Virus record (IMG/VR): IMGVR_UViG_3300025809_000002
Coordinates: 1-56,873 of that record
DNA from: a virus
Taxonomy: Duplodnaviria; Caudoviricetes
Strand: one strand, 5' to 3'
DNA length: 56,873 bases
The notes beneath the pieces were generated by a model. It searched no databases. It saw only the letters and a list, made by a program, of their open reading frames with translations, and was not told where the DNA came from. The position numbers were made by a program, and so were the translations under genes. This document shows, piece after piece, positions 1-7,787 of this stretch (the first letter of the stretch is position 1; the number at the start of each line of letters is the position of its first letter).

Positions 1-127
1 AAATTACTTGCTCCAAAGGAGGACAGCAATGAATGAGTTGTACGATCAAGTTGAGGAACTGTTAGACGAACACCATGAGGCTGAGATCAGCGCTCTGTTA
101 GGTATCTCTGATACAGTCGCTAAGCTA
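1..127. repeat. Terminal direct repeat, left copy (circular assembly overlap)
   Basis: 1-127 is identical to 56747-56873 and cuts through genes. Confidence 0.95.
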
Positions 128-295
128 ATGGTGAGGGATATCCGCAGTCACATCACTGACTGGAGACCTGAGCGAAGTGGAGATGTCTGGGCTATTTTCA
201 GCGAAGACTATTCTGCTGAATACATAGACGCTGAAGGTAACTATCAATGCTTTGACACTGAAGCAGAGGCACTGGCATACATAAAGGAGATGTAG
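29..295 (+). CDS. Hypothetical acidic early protein
   Basis: GGAGG RBS before ATG at 29; chained with neighbours. Confidence 0.75.
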   Translation: MNELYDQVEELLDEHHEAEISALLGISDTVAKLMVRDIRSHITDWRPERSGDVWAIFSEDYSAEYIDAEGNYQCFDTEAEALAYIKEM

Positions 296-499
296 ATGTA
301 CACGAAGATACAGGTATGGGGACACTGGCAGGATGATAAAGTGAGGTTCACTCGCACTGTTGCTGTTCTGCACAGCAATTCACAAGCCGCAATGGATGCC
401 GCAATGGACGATGATGAGGTGTTCTTTGTTTTTGAAAAAGGTGAGCCTGTTATGGGAATGCATGACGGCTTCACCATCACCGAGAAGGAGGTGTGTTAA
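296..499 (+). CDS. Hypothetical early protein
   Basis: AAGGAG RBS; abuts the previous stop codon. Confidence 0.7.
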   Translation: MYTKIQVWGHWQDDKVRFTRTVAVLHSNSQAAMDAAMDDDEVFFVFEKGEPVMGMHDGFTITEKEVC

Positions 500-512
500 T
501 ACTTTCTTCCCC

Positions 513-557
513 TAGGGTTTGTCCCTATTCCATTCCATCAAACAGCAGATTTATAAT
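513..557 (+). promoter_or_regulatory. Early promoter: palindrome TAGGGTTTGTCCCTA, 24 bp, TATAAT
   Basis: Same architecture at 54878 and 56103. Confidence 0.7.
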
Positions 558-602
558 GTAAACAGCAACGATTTTGTTGCACACTTTTCTAAAGGAAATA
601 TC

Positions 603-1487
603 ATGGCTCAAAACCTAATCTTCTCACGCTCTTCAACCAACGGTGAACTGAGCGCTGACCGTATGAATTACTTGGCTCCTGCCATCTTCGCTGACAGCGT
701 CAAGGACAGCCTGTCACCCCGCTATGCTCAGCTTCGTACCGCTGACGTTCTGCCAGTGCTTGCTGACCACGGCTTTGTCCCTGTTCAAGCCGCTCAGAAG
801 CGGAGTCGTAAGACATCAGCTGAACACACTCAGCACATGGTTGCCTTTGCTCACCGTGACAGCATCCCCTCTGTGTCTGGGCTTGAGGCATACAACCCTG
901 ATGCTAGCCGAGGTGAGATCATCCTGTATAACAGTCACGATGGCACTGGCTCTATCAAGCTGTTTGCAGGAGCATACAGATTTATCTGTAGCAACGGCAT
1001 CGTAGCAGGTGACGGCTACCAGTCTCGCCTCTACCACAACCAAGCCAACGTCAACAGCTTTGAGTTGATGCTCACCAACACAGTGAAGCGTTTGCCTGTG
1101 CTGTTGGAGCAGATTGAGAAGATGCGTGGCGTTCAGCTGACCCGAGATGCTCAGCGTGAGATGGCTACACAGTCAGCACTAACCCGTTGGAAGTGGACAC
1201 CTGAGCAGGTTGAGGATGCAGTGATCAAGGGCAGCTTTGCCACTGGTCACACAGTGAGTAGCTTGCTATCTGTTAACCGCTTCGCTGACTACGAAGAAGA
1301 TGCGTGGACTGTGTTCAACCGTATTCAAGAGAACGTCATCCGAGGTGGTGCGATGATCAAGAGTTTCAGTGAGCGTAATACTGATGGTGCCTACCGTAAG
1401 AGCCGTGCAGTTAACAGCGTGGCAGAGAATGTCCGAGTTAACCGTGAGTTGTGGGACATTGCAGAAAACATCTGCGAGATTGCTTAA
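603..1487 (+). CDS. DUF932-family protein
   Basis: NSHDG and R.ICSNG motifs; AAGGA RBS before ATG 603. Confidence 0.8.
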   Translation: MAQNLIFSRSSTNGELSADRMNYLAPAIFADSVKDSLSPRYAQLRTADVLPVLADHGFVPVQAAQKRSRKTSAEHTQHMVAFAHRDSIPSVSGLEAYNPDASRGEIILYNSHDGTGSIKLFAGAYRFICSNGIVAGDGYQSRLYHNQANVNSFELMLTNTVKRLPVLLEQIEKMRGVQLTRDAQREMATQSALTRWKWTPEQVEDAVIKGSFATGHTVSSLLSVNRFADYEEDAWTVFNRIQENVIRGGAMIKSFSERNTDGAYRKSRAVNSVAENVRVNRELWDIAENICEIA

Positions 1488-1536
1488 TTTTTAATCAACG
1501 GAGGGGCACTGTCCCCTCTGTCCTTGGAGGAAATAC

Positions 1537-1767
1537 ATGATGACTAATTCAGAATATTTCGCCCTTGACCAGTGGCTGTGCGATTACCCCGATGACATGA
1601 CGTATGCTGAAATCATAGAGCGTCTGTCTGCCCCTAACGAATGGAGAGTGGACGACATCACGGTCTGGTACTTGGTTGAGAACAACACGACAGATCAAGT
1701 CGCACAGTTTATTGAAGATACTAAGGATGCACATGAACGTAGCCTCACATTTGGAGAACAGCAATGA
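1537..1767 (+). CDS. Hypothetical protein
   Basis: GGAGG RBS; ATGA coupling to the next gene. Confidence 0.7.
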   Translation: MMTNSEYFALDQWLCDYPDDMTYAEIIERLSAPNEWRVDDITVWYLVENNTTDQVAQFIEDTKDAHERSLTFGEQQ

Positions 1768-1982
1768 TGAAAGAACGAGCCGCTGATTGGGCACCAAGCG
1801 ACAGCCTCCTTGACTTAGTGGTGGAGCAGTACAGACAAGATGACATGGACGGCGACGTAACAGCATTCTATGACTTGCTTGACCGTCTGCCACGGGAGGT
1901 GCTGATTGCGTATCTATCCAATAGCCGACAGCAAGATGCGATATTAACTGGCGTGATAACTGAAGAGGAGGTGAGCGCATGA
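1764..1982 (+). CDS. Hypothetical protein
   Basis: GGAG RBS; ATGA overlaps. Confidence 0.65.
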   Translation: MMKERAADWAPSDSLLDLVVEQYRQDDMDGDVTAFYDLLDRLPREVLIAYLSNSRQQDAILTGVITEEEVSA

Positions 1983-2185
1983 TTGAAGAGTTTCCCCGCA
2001 AGTATTACATCCAAACGAGAACTATACATGGATGGCACCGCTTGCACCCTGAGAACTACCCGTCCCTGATTGATGCGGTGTATGGGATGGAGCGGCACAT
2101 TGACAGTATGTTCTTTGAACATGGAGAGATGTTGCCATCAGGAATATTCCGAATTGTTAAATGCAAACCAAGGAAATTAAAATGA
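1979..2185 (+). CDS. Hypothetical protein
   Basis: GGAGGT RBS; ATGA overlaps. Confidence 0.65.
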   Translation: MIEEFPRKYYIQTRTIHGWHRLHPENYPSLIDAVYGMERHIDSMFFEHGEMLPSGIFRIVKCKPRKLK

Positions 2186-2370
2186 CAAACATTCAAGTTA
2201 CATTTACACAGGATGGCATCACTATGGGGACTATACAGCTAAGCGCAGGTATGGCAACGCTGATTGATATTACTGATATCAATACAGTGTGTCAGACTTT
2301 TCGCACCAACTTTAACGCAATGGGTGAGCCTTTGGATTTTAAAATTGAATACACATCGGAGGATAATTAA
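2182..2370 (+). CDS. Hypothetical protein
   Basis: AAGGA RBS; ATGA overlap. Confidence 0.6.
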   Translation: MTNIQVTFTQDGITMGTIQLSAGMATLIDITDINTVCQTFRTNFNAMGEPLDFKIEYTSEDN

Positions 2371-2371
2371 A

Positions 2372-2638
2372 ATGGAAAAGACATTCACCGTCACAATGTA
2401 CAGTGACCCCTCTCATGCTTGGGCTAAGGTTAAGCGTCAAGTGTTGGTCAACCTAGGTATTGACAAACAGGTTAGTGAGTACAGCTACCAGTACAAGGAC
2501 AACGTGTACCTTGAGGAAGACTGTGACCTGCACTTGTTGTATCAGCGTCTGCTTAAGGATGAAGTGCGTATGAAATTCGTTGAGAAGTATAGCGAAAATC
2601 CTAGCCGCATCCGTAGTTATGAAAGCTATCACCCATGA
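2372..2638 (+). CDS. Conserved phage hypothetical protein
   Basis: GGAGG RBS; DPSHAW and YLEEDCD motifs. Confidence 0.7.
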   Translation: MEKTFTVTMYSDPSHAWAKVKRQVLVNLGIDKQVSEYSYQYKDNVYLEEDCDLHLLYQRLLKDEVRMKFVEKYSENPSRIRSYESYHP

Positions 2639-3069
2639 GGTCGGTGGTACTGGTGTGCTTGCTGACATTCAGTCAATCGTTGTGGGCACACAAGATTAAC
2701 TTCAATGATATGCAATGCATGGCTGACAACCTACACCATGAAGCGAAGGTTGATGGGATGCGAGGCATGGAGGCGGTGGCATCAGTGGTGATGAACCGAG
2801 TACGTGACTCTCGCTACCCTGACACTGTGTGTGGTGTTGTGTATCAGCCTAGCCAGTTCAGCTGGACGTTGAAGAAGAGGCTCAAGCAGCTGAAGATTAA
2901 GCATGACTGGAAGACGTTAGCTGTAGCTACAATGGCACTGGACGGTAGCTTGATAGACAAGACAGGCGGTGCAACACATTACCATGCGGTGTATGTGACA
3001 CCGTACTGGGGTAAGGTGTATGACTTCACGGTTCAGGTGGGGCATCATCTCTTTTATAGGAAACCATAA
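2635..3069 (+). CDS. SleB-like cell wall hydrolase (Hydrolase_2) with N-terminal signal
   Basis: HEA, AVA.VVMNRV, P.TVC.VVYQP.QFSW, GATHYHA and H.FY motifs. Confidence 0.9.
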   Translation: MRSVVLVCLLTFSQSLWAHKINFNDMQCMADNLHHEAKVDGMRGMEAVASVVMNRVRDSRYPDTVCGVVYQPSQFSWTLKKRLKQLKIKHDWKTLAVATMALDGSLIDKTGGATHYHAVYVTPYWGKVYDFTVQVGHHLFYRKP

Positions 3070-3284
3070 TGATAAGTGGAATTGACATTGAGGATTGGGA
3101 TAGAGGTGACCCTGTGCCTCTATATTCTGTGCGTCCTAAGACGTACATTGAGTGGTTAGGTGTCACGTATTGGTTTGATCATGTTGACGGTAGGGATTGC
3201 TACTGTATGAGATGGGATAACACAATTGTAAAGATCAGTGGGAGCGCAACAGTTGCTCCTCTATTTAAAGGAGAAAACAAATGA
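3069..3284 (+). CDS. Hypothetical protein
   Basis: TAATG coupling; AGGA RBS. Confidence 0.6.
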   Translation: MISGIDIEDWDRGDPVPLYSVRPKTYIEWLGVTYWFDHVDGRDCYCMRWDNTIVKISGSATVAPLFKGENK

Positions 3285-3448
3285 CGTTTGATGATGTACG
3301 ACAAGATATAAAAGCATTGCTAGACACACAGCTATATGATGAGCAGGAGGTGTTGGACTCCATCATCTACAGCTGCGTGATTGCTAAAGAGAAACTAGCA
3401 CGAGAGCCGCAACCTATTGATAACGTAATGAGTAAGGTTAACGGATGA
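3281..3448 (+). CDS. Hypothetical 55-aa protein (not in ORF track)
   Basis: MTFDDVRQDIK...; AAGGAG RBS; ATGA overlaps at both ends. Confidence 0.65.
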   Translation: MTFDDVRQDIKALLDTQLYDEQEVLDSIIYSCVIAKEKLAREPQPIDNVMSKVNG

Positions 3449-4281
3449 CACGAGACCAAGTACTAGGTATGATCATTGGCTGTGCTGTAGGTGATGCCTA
3501 CGGTGCGCCATATGAGTTCATGTCACCAGAAGATGTACGTCCAGCCAAGGGGTATAGCACTGGCGGTACACATGATGTCACCATCGGTGAGTGGACAGAC
3601 GACACTGCTATGATGGTGGCGACAATGGATGCCTACATCACTCACCAAGAGTTTGATGCACAGGCTATCGCCAACAACTTTAAACTGTGGAAAAGCACAG
3701 GTAAGTTTGGTACACGAGGATATGTCTTTGACATAGGACAAACAACGGCGCAAGCCATAGATAGGATTACAGATGACACCCCTTATGCTAGTTCTGCTCA
3801 CACATTTGCCAGTGGTAACGGCTCCATCATGCGAGTTGCCCCTGCCATTGCCGCTAACTTCAACAACCCCGCCAGAGCAATCGGAGAAGCAGTTGCTCTG
3901 TCCCTAATTACTCACGGTAACTCTGACACCATCACCTACATCTCTGCCTTTACGGACGAGGTGATACGTGGTACTAAGAACCCTGTCAATAAACTGTTGC
4001 GTCACTACGATGTGTACCAGACGTACAACACAGGCTCCATCATGCACAGCTACAACGTTGCTCACCTTGCCGCTCACTATGGCTCAGGCTTTGAGGGTGC
4101 GTTGATGGAGGCAGCTAAGCTAGGCTATGACACCGACACCAATTGTGCTGTCACTGGTATGCTTGTTGGTTCTTATATGGGGTATGAGAGTATCCCCAAA
4201 CGTTTCTTAAAAGACTTACAGCAACATGATATGTTGTTAGACATGGCAAATAAAATGTACGACATAGGAGCAAGAGGATGA
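3445..4281 (+). CDS. ADP-ribosylglycohydrolase (ARH/DraG family)
   Basis: G.AVGDA.G.P.EF, WTDDT, GNGSIMR.AP, TH and DTDT metal-binding motifs. Confidence 0.92.
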   Translation: MTRDQVLGMIIGCAVGDAYGAPYEFMSPEDVRPAKGYSTGGTHDVTIGEWTDDTAMMVATMDAYITHQEFDAQAIANNFKLWKSTGKFGTRGYVFDIGQTTAQAIDRITDDTPYASSAHTFASGNGSIMRVAPAIAANFNNPARAIGEAVALSLITHGNSDTITYISAFTDEVIRGTKNPVNKLLRHYDVYQTYNTGSIMHSYNVAHLAAHYGSGFEGALMEAAKLGYDTDTNCAVTGMLVGSYMGYESIPKRFLKDLQQHDMLLDMANKMYDIGARG

Positions 4282-5387
4282 AGCCGTCATACCTGATGGA
4301 AGTTAAGCGTGGTGATGCCATCATCTACAGATACAACCCACCCAAGGATGCGATTGATGCGGGTGTTGTTAAGCGAGTGATGCTTGGCACTGACTTCACT
4401 GCTGCCTGCACCTACATTGAAGAGCAGAATGCTTTGATGTCTGAGTGGAGGAAAGAGCGTAAGTATTTAAAAGAACTAACAAGCAAGAGCAAAGTGTCTG
4501 ACTTAATTAAAAGCTACACTGCCAGCCTGTCATTCACCAAGCTGTCTGCCAAGACGCAGAGTGACTACCTGTACTACCTCAAGTGCTGGTACAAGAGCAA
4601 GGTTGCTGGTGTGCTGATGGAGCAGGCGAAGCTCGGCAACATCGTGACACCTATGTGTCAACGTGTGTATGAGGAACACGCTGGCAATAGCGTTAGCCTA
4701 GCCAACCATAGCCTTGCTGTGTACCGTTTACTTTTTAATTATGCAATTAGGCACGGCTTTACACAATACAATCCATTCACTCATGTGAAGGGACAGAAGA
4801 AGCGTAGTCGCAAGGTGGTATGGGAGAGAGAACACGTTCGTGCTTTCCTTAACACAGCATTCAGTAAGTTTGAGTGGCGCAACGCAGGCTTGATTGTCAA
4901 CATGGCATACGAGTGGGGGCAGCGTCTTGGTGATATGCGAACGCTGACATGGGATAGCTATGATGTAGAGACAGGGACACTAACCTTGACACAGAGCAAG
5001 CGAGGTGCTAAGATCACTATCCCCACCAGCACAGGACTACAAGCAATGCTTGCTCAACAACACGCAGACTTCGGATGGCAACCATACATTGCCCCTGTGC
5101 CTAAGTCTGTGAAGGGTAAGCTGCAACCGTATAGCTTAAACAAGCTGAGTAAGATTGGTAGTGTCATCATGCAAGAGGCAGACCTACCTGATGAGTTAAC
5201 GTTGATGGATCTGAGGCGCACTGCCATCACTGAGATGGTTGATGTGGGTGTACCTATGTCATCCATCATGTCAATGTCTGGTCATGCAACACCATCTTCG
5301 TTGACACCGTACATTAAACACACACTGCGAAGTGCCACTAATGCACAGACCATGAGAGAATTTCCAACCAACTTAATGGAGAGATAA
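4278..5387 (+). CDS. int: Tyrosine recombinase/integrase
   Basis: GQRLGD, K(SKRG), DLRRT, SGH and catalytic Y (PYIK). Confidence 0.88.
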   Translation: MKPSYLMEVKRGDAIIYRYNPPKDAIDAGVVKRVMLGTDFTAACTYIEEQNALMSEWRKERKYLKELTSKSKVSDLIKSYTASLSFTKLSAKTQSDYLYYLKCWYKSKVAGVLMEQAKLGNIVTPMCQRVYEEHAGNSVSLANHSLAVYRLLFNYAIRHGFTQYNPFTHVKGQKKRSRKVVWEREHVRAFLNTAFSKFEWRNAGLIVNMAYEWGQRLGDMRTLTWDSYDVETGTLTLTQSKRGAKITIPTSTGLQAMLAQQHADFGWQPYIAPVPKSVKGKLQPYSLNKLSKIGSVIMQEADLPDELTLMDLRRTAITEMVDVGVPMSSIMSMSGHATPSSLTPYIKHTLRSATNAQTMREFPTNLMER

Positions 5388-5723
5388 ATGGAAACAGGAA
5401 TTAAATTTGACACAGGCAAGCCAGAGTATGGGCTTATACCACCCAACGCCTTGGAAGAGATAGCCAAGGTGCTAACCTATGGCGCACAGAAGTACAGCCG
5501 TGACAACTGGAAGCAGGTGCCTGACAAAGAGCGCCGCTACTTTGATGCTATGCAACGCCACATCTGGGCACATAGACGAGGCGAAGTCAATGACCCTGAG
5601 ACAGGCATGAATCATTTAGCACACGCTGCCTGTTGTATTCTTTATCTTGCAGAGTTTGATCTATCACCTGAGTTTAAACCTGCTGAGCGTAAAAAAGTTA
5701 TCGTAAGGAGGTACATCAAATGA
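5388..5723 (+). CDS. dATP/dGTP diphosphohydrolase-domain protein (DUF5664-like)
   Basis: K.D.GK, GA.KY..DNW, A..RH and D.ETG..HLAHA motifs. Confidence 0.85.
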   Translation: METGIKFDTGKPEYGLIPPNALEEIAKVLTYGAQKYSRDNWKQVPDKERRYFDAMQRHIWAHRRGEVNDPETGMNHLAHAACCILYLAEFDLSPEFKPAERKKVIVRRYIK

Positions 5724-6055
5724 TCATTCAATACATAATGGATAAGATTAACAGCCTTAAAGCCAACGCATTTGACGGTGTGGATTACCAACATGACCGT
5801 GACTTTAGTCGGCTTAAGAATCAAGGGGAGCGTGTATATAGGTTCGTACAGAATGGTGAGTGGACAACGCTGCGTGAGATCTCTGCTGCTACAGGCGCAC
5901 CTGAAGCTAGTGTTAGCGCACACTTACGAGACCTACGCAAGCCTAAGTTTGGTGGGCATACAGTGGAGAAGAAGTATGCAGGCAATGGTCTATATCAGTA
6001 CCGAGTTATCTTTGCTGACGTTACAGAAGATACACAACAAACCTTAAAATTTTAG
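5720..6055 (+). CDS. Winged HTH DNA-binding protein
   Basis: W.TL.EI....G.PEASVSA.LRDLRK..FG motif. Confidence 0.7.
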   Translation: MIIQYIMDKINSLKANAFDGVDYQHDRDFSRLKNQGERVYRFVQNGEWTTLREISAATGAPEASVSAHLRDLRKPKFGGHTVEKKYAGNGLYQYRVIFADVTEDTQQTLKF

Positions 6056-6063
6056 GAACAATT

Positions 6064-6711
6064 ATGACAGTAAAGCTTGTATGGTCAACACCCAAGGGTG
6101 AAGAACTTATTGCCTACATGGCACGGGTGTCAAACCCCAACAACCAAGACAACCCTGAGACAGCACCTAAGCTGTTGAAATACTTGATAAGAAATAAACA
6201 TTGGTCACCATTTGAGATGGTCAATGTCTGTATGGAAATAAAATGCACCCGTGATATTGCACGACAGATCCTACGTCACCGAAGCTTCAGCTTCCAAGAG
6301 TTTAGCCAACGCTATGCAGAAGCATTTGATTGGGAGTTTGGTGAGGCACGGATGCAGGATGAGAAGAACCGACAGAACAGTTTACCCACGCAAGACCGTG
6401 AGCTTGAGCGGTGGTGGCATGATCAACAAGCTAGCCTCACAGCACAGGCAAGAGGTGTGTATGGTGCCGCACTGAATGCAGGCATTGCCAAAGAGGTTGC
6501 TCGTAAGGTGTTGCCAGAGGGACTGACAATGTCCACCATGTACATGAACGGGACGTTGCGTAGCTGGATGCACTACCTTGACATTCGCTGTAACATGGCA
6601 ACACAGAAGGAACACAGGGTAGTGGCAGAGCAGTGCCTTGGTGTGTTGGTTAAAGAGTTCCCCTCTCTGTTTAATCTTCCCTCCGATGCATGGTCAGAAA
6701 GGATTGTGTGA
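6064..6711 (+). CDS. thyX: FAD-dependent thymidylate synthase
   Basis: HWSPFE and RHRSFSFQEFSQRY signature. Confidence 0.95.
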   Translation: MTVKLVWSTPKGEELIAYMARVSNPNNQDNPETAPKLLKYLIRNKHWSPFEMVNVCMEIKCTRDIARQILRHRSFSFQEFSQRYAEAFDWEFGEARMQDEKNRQNSLPTQDRELERWWHDQQASLTAQARGVYGAALNAGIAKEVARKVLPEGLTMSTMYMNGTLRSWMHYLDIRCNMATQKEHRVVAEQCLGVLVKEFPSLFNLPSDAWSERIV

Positions 6712-6938
6712 TGTTAAAAGCAGATGGGTTTGATTCAGCAGCCATAGGTACGGCGTATGTGCGTAACAATGATGTGCTTGTGTACTCAGTAGAGAAGTGT
6801 CTGGATGTGCTGATGCAACAAGGCATGACGATGGACGAAGCAGTGGACTACTTTGAGTTTAATGTGAGCGGTGCTTACGTTGGTGAAAGCACACCCATCT
6901 TTGTGTATGATTTAATGGGAGAGTTAGATGAAGGTTGA
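6711..6938 (+). CDS. Conserved phage hypothetical protein
   Basis: KADGFD.A.IG...EA..YF.FN..GAYVGE.TP pattern. Confidence 0.7.
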   Translation: MLKADGFDSAAIGTAYVRNNDVLVYSVEKCLDVLMQQGMTMDEAVDYFEFNVSGAYVGESTPIFVYDLMGELDEG

Positions 6939-7158
6939 TATCAACGACATTCTCAGTGAGGATTTTCAAGACATAATTGTCACCAAAGAATTAAAAAGAA
7001 TTCATGGTTATATGAGAGAGTATCTAGAAAAGTATGAGGAAAAAGATCATGGGTTCATAGCTATATTCTCTACTGATGAAGAGGAAGACAAGGCGCAGAT
7101 AGAAACAATGAGGGAGGCGCTTGAAATCTTGCTAAAGTATTATGGAGAAGAAGTATGA
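6928..7158 (+). CDS. Hypothetical protein
   Basis: GGAG RBS; operon packing. Confidence 0.6.
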   Translation: MKVDINDILSEDFQDIIVTKELKRIHGYMREYLEKYEEKDHGFIAIFSTDEEEDKAQIETMREALEILLKYYGEEV

Positions 7159-7370
7159 ACGAAATGCAACAAGAAGAACGTGATGCTGAACTACGGGCGT
7201 ATGTTAAAGAGTTTTTTGAAGGATATTTAAACCGTGTAGAGGAGAGTGATAACGGGAAAGAGTTTAACCCAATTACTATAAGCTGTTGTAGAGCGCTTAT
7301 GCTAGAACCGCTGAACAATCTACTAAACAGAATGGCTGAATTGTCTGGAGCAGAAAGGAAGAACACATGA
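7155..7370 (+). CDS. Hypothetical protein
   Basis: ATGA overlaps; RBS. Confidence 0.6.
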   Translation: MNEMQQEERDAELRAYVKEFFEGYLNRVEESDNGKEFNPITISCCRALMLEPLNNLLNRMAELSGAERKNT

Positions 7371-7588
7371 CTGATACTATTGGAACATCAAAAGTAACAT
7401 TAATCCGTGAGAACGAGGATGGTAGTGCAGACTTTCAATGCAACTTTTCACCAGAGGAATTAGATGCGTTGACTAGACTAGGTATATTAACCGCAATACA
7501 GGCGGGGATTGAGGATGCTAAAAAGCTAGACCCAGAAACATATAAAGACTGGCATAGTGAATTTGACCCTGAAGAACATGACCGATAA
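7367..7588 (+). CDS. Hypothetical protein
   Basis: ENEDGSA motif; ATGA overlap. Confidence 0.65.
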   Translation: MTDTIGTSKVTLIRENEDGSADFQCNFSPEELDALTRLGILTAIQAGIEDAKKLDPETYKDWHSEFDPEEHDR

Positions 7589-7787
7589 GATTAGTGGTGA
7601 TGGTGTGGCAATGGTAGACCACAGCTACTACTGGCGTCCATTAGAGACAGCACCTCATGGTGTTAAGCTGCAACTGCTTAGCATCTACGGCGTGGCGTCT
7701 TATGGTTCGCTATCACCATCTATAATTGAAGAGGGCTTCTGGTCAGCATGGGCACCACTACCTAAGATAAAGAAAGAAAACAAATGA
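7578..7787 (+). CDS. Hypothetical protein (W.P.ETAP...W.PLP type)
   Basis: DUF551-like terminal motifs. Confidence 0.6.
   Translation: MTDKISGDGVAMVDHSYYWRPLETAPHGVKLQLLSIYGVASYGSLSPSIIEEGFWSAWAPLPKIKKENK

Noticed and set aside
1-127. 127-bp end repeat as a biological terminal repeat
   Set aside because: The length matches a common assembler k-mer and it falls inside tightly packed genes; it indicates circular assembly only
1499-1520. GC-rich hairpin after the DUF932 gene as a terminator
   Set aside because: No following U-tract on the + strand; more likely a processing or stability hairpin
5388-5723. 2-aminoadenine (Z) or deazaguanine genome pathway
   Set aside because: No PurZ, DpdA or Que-like genes are recognisable
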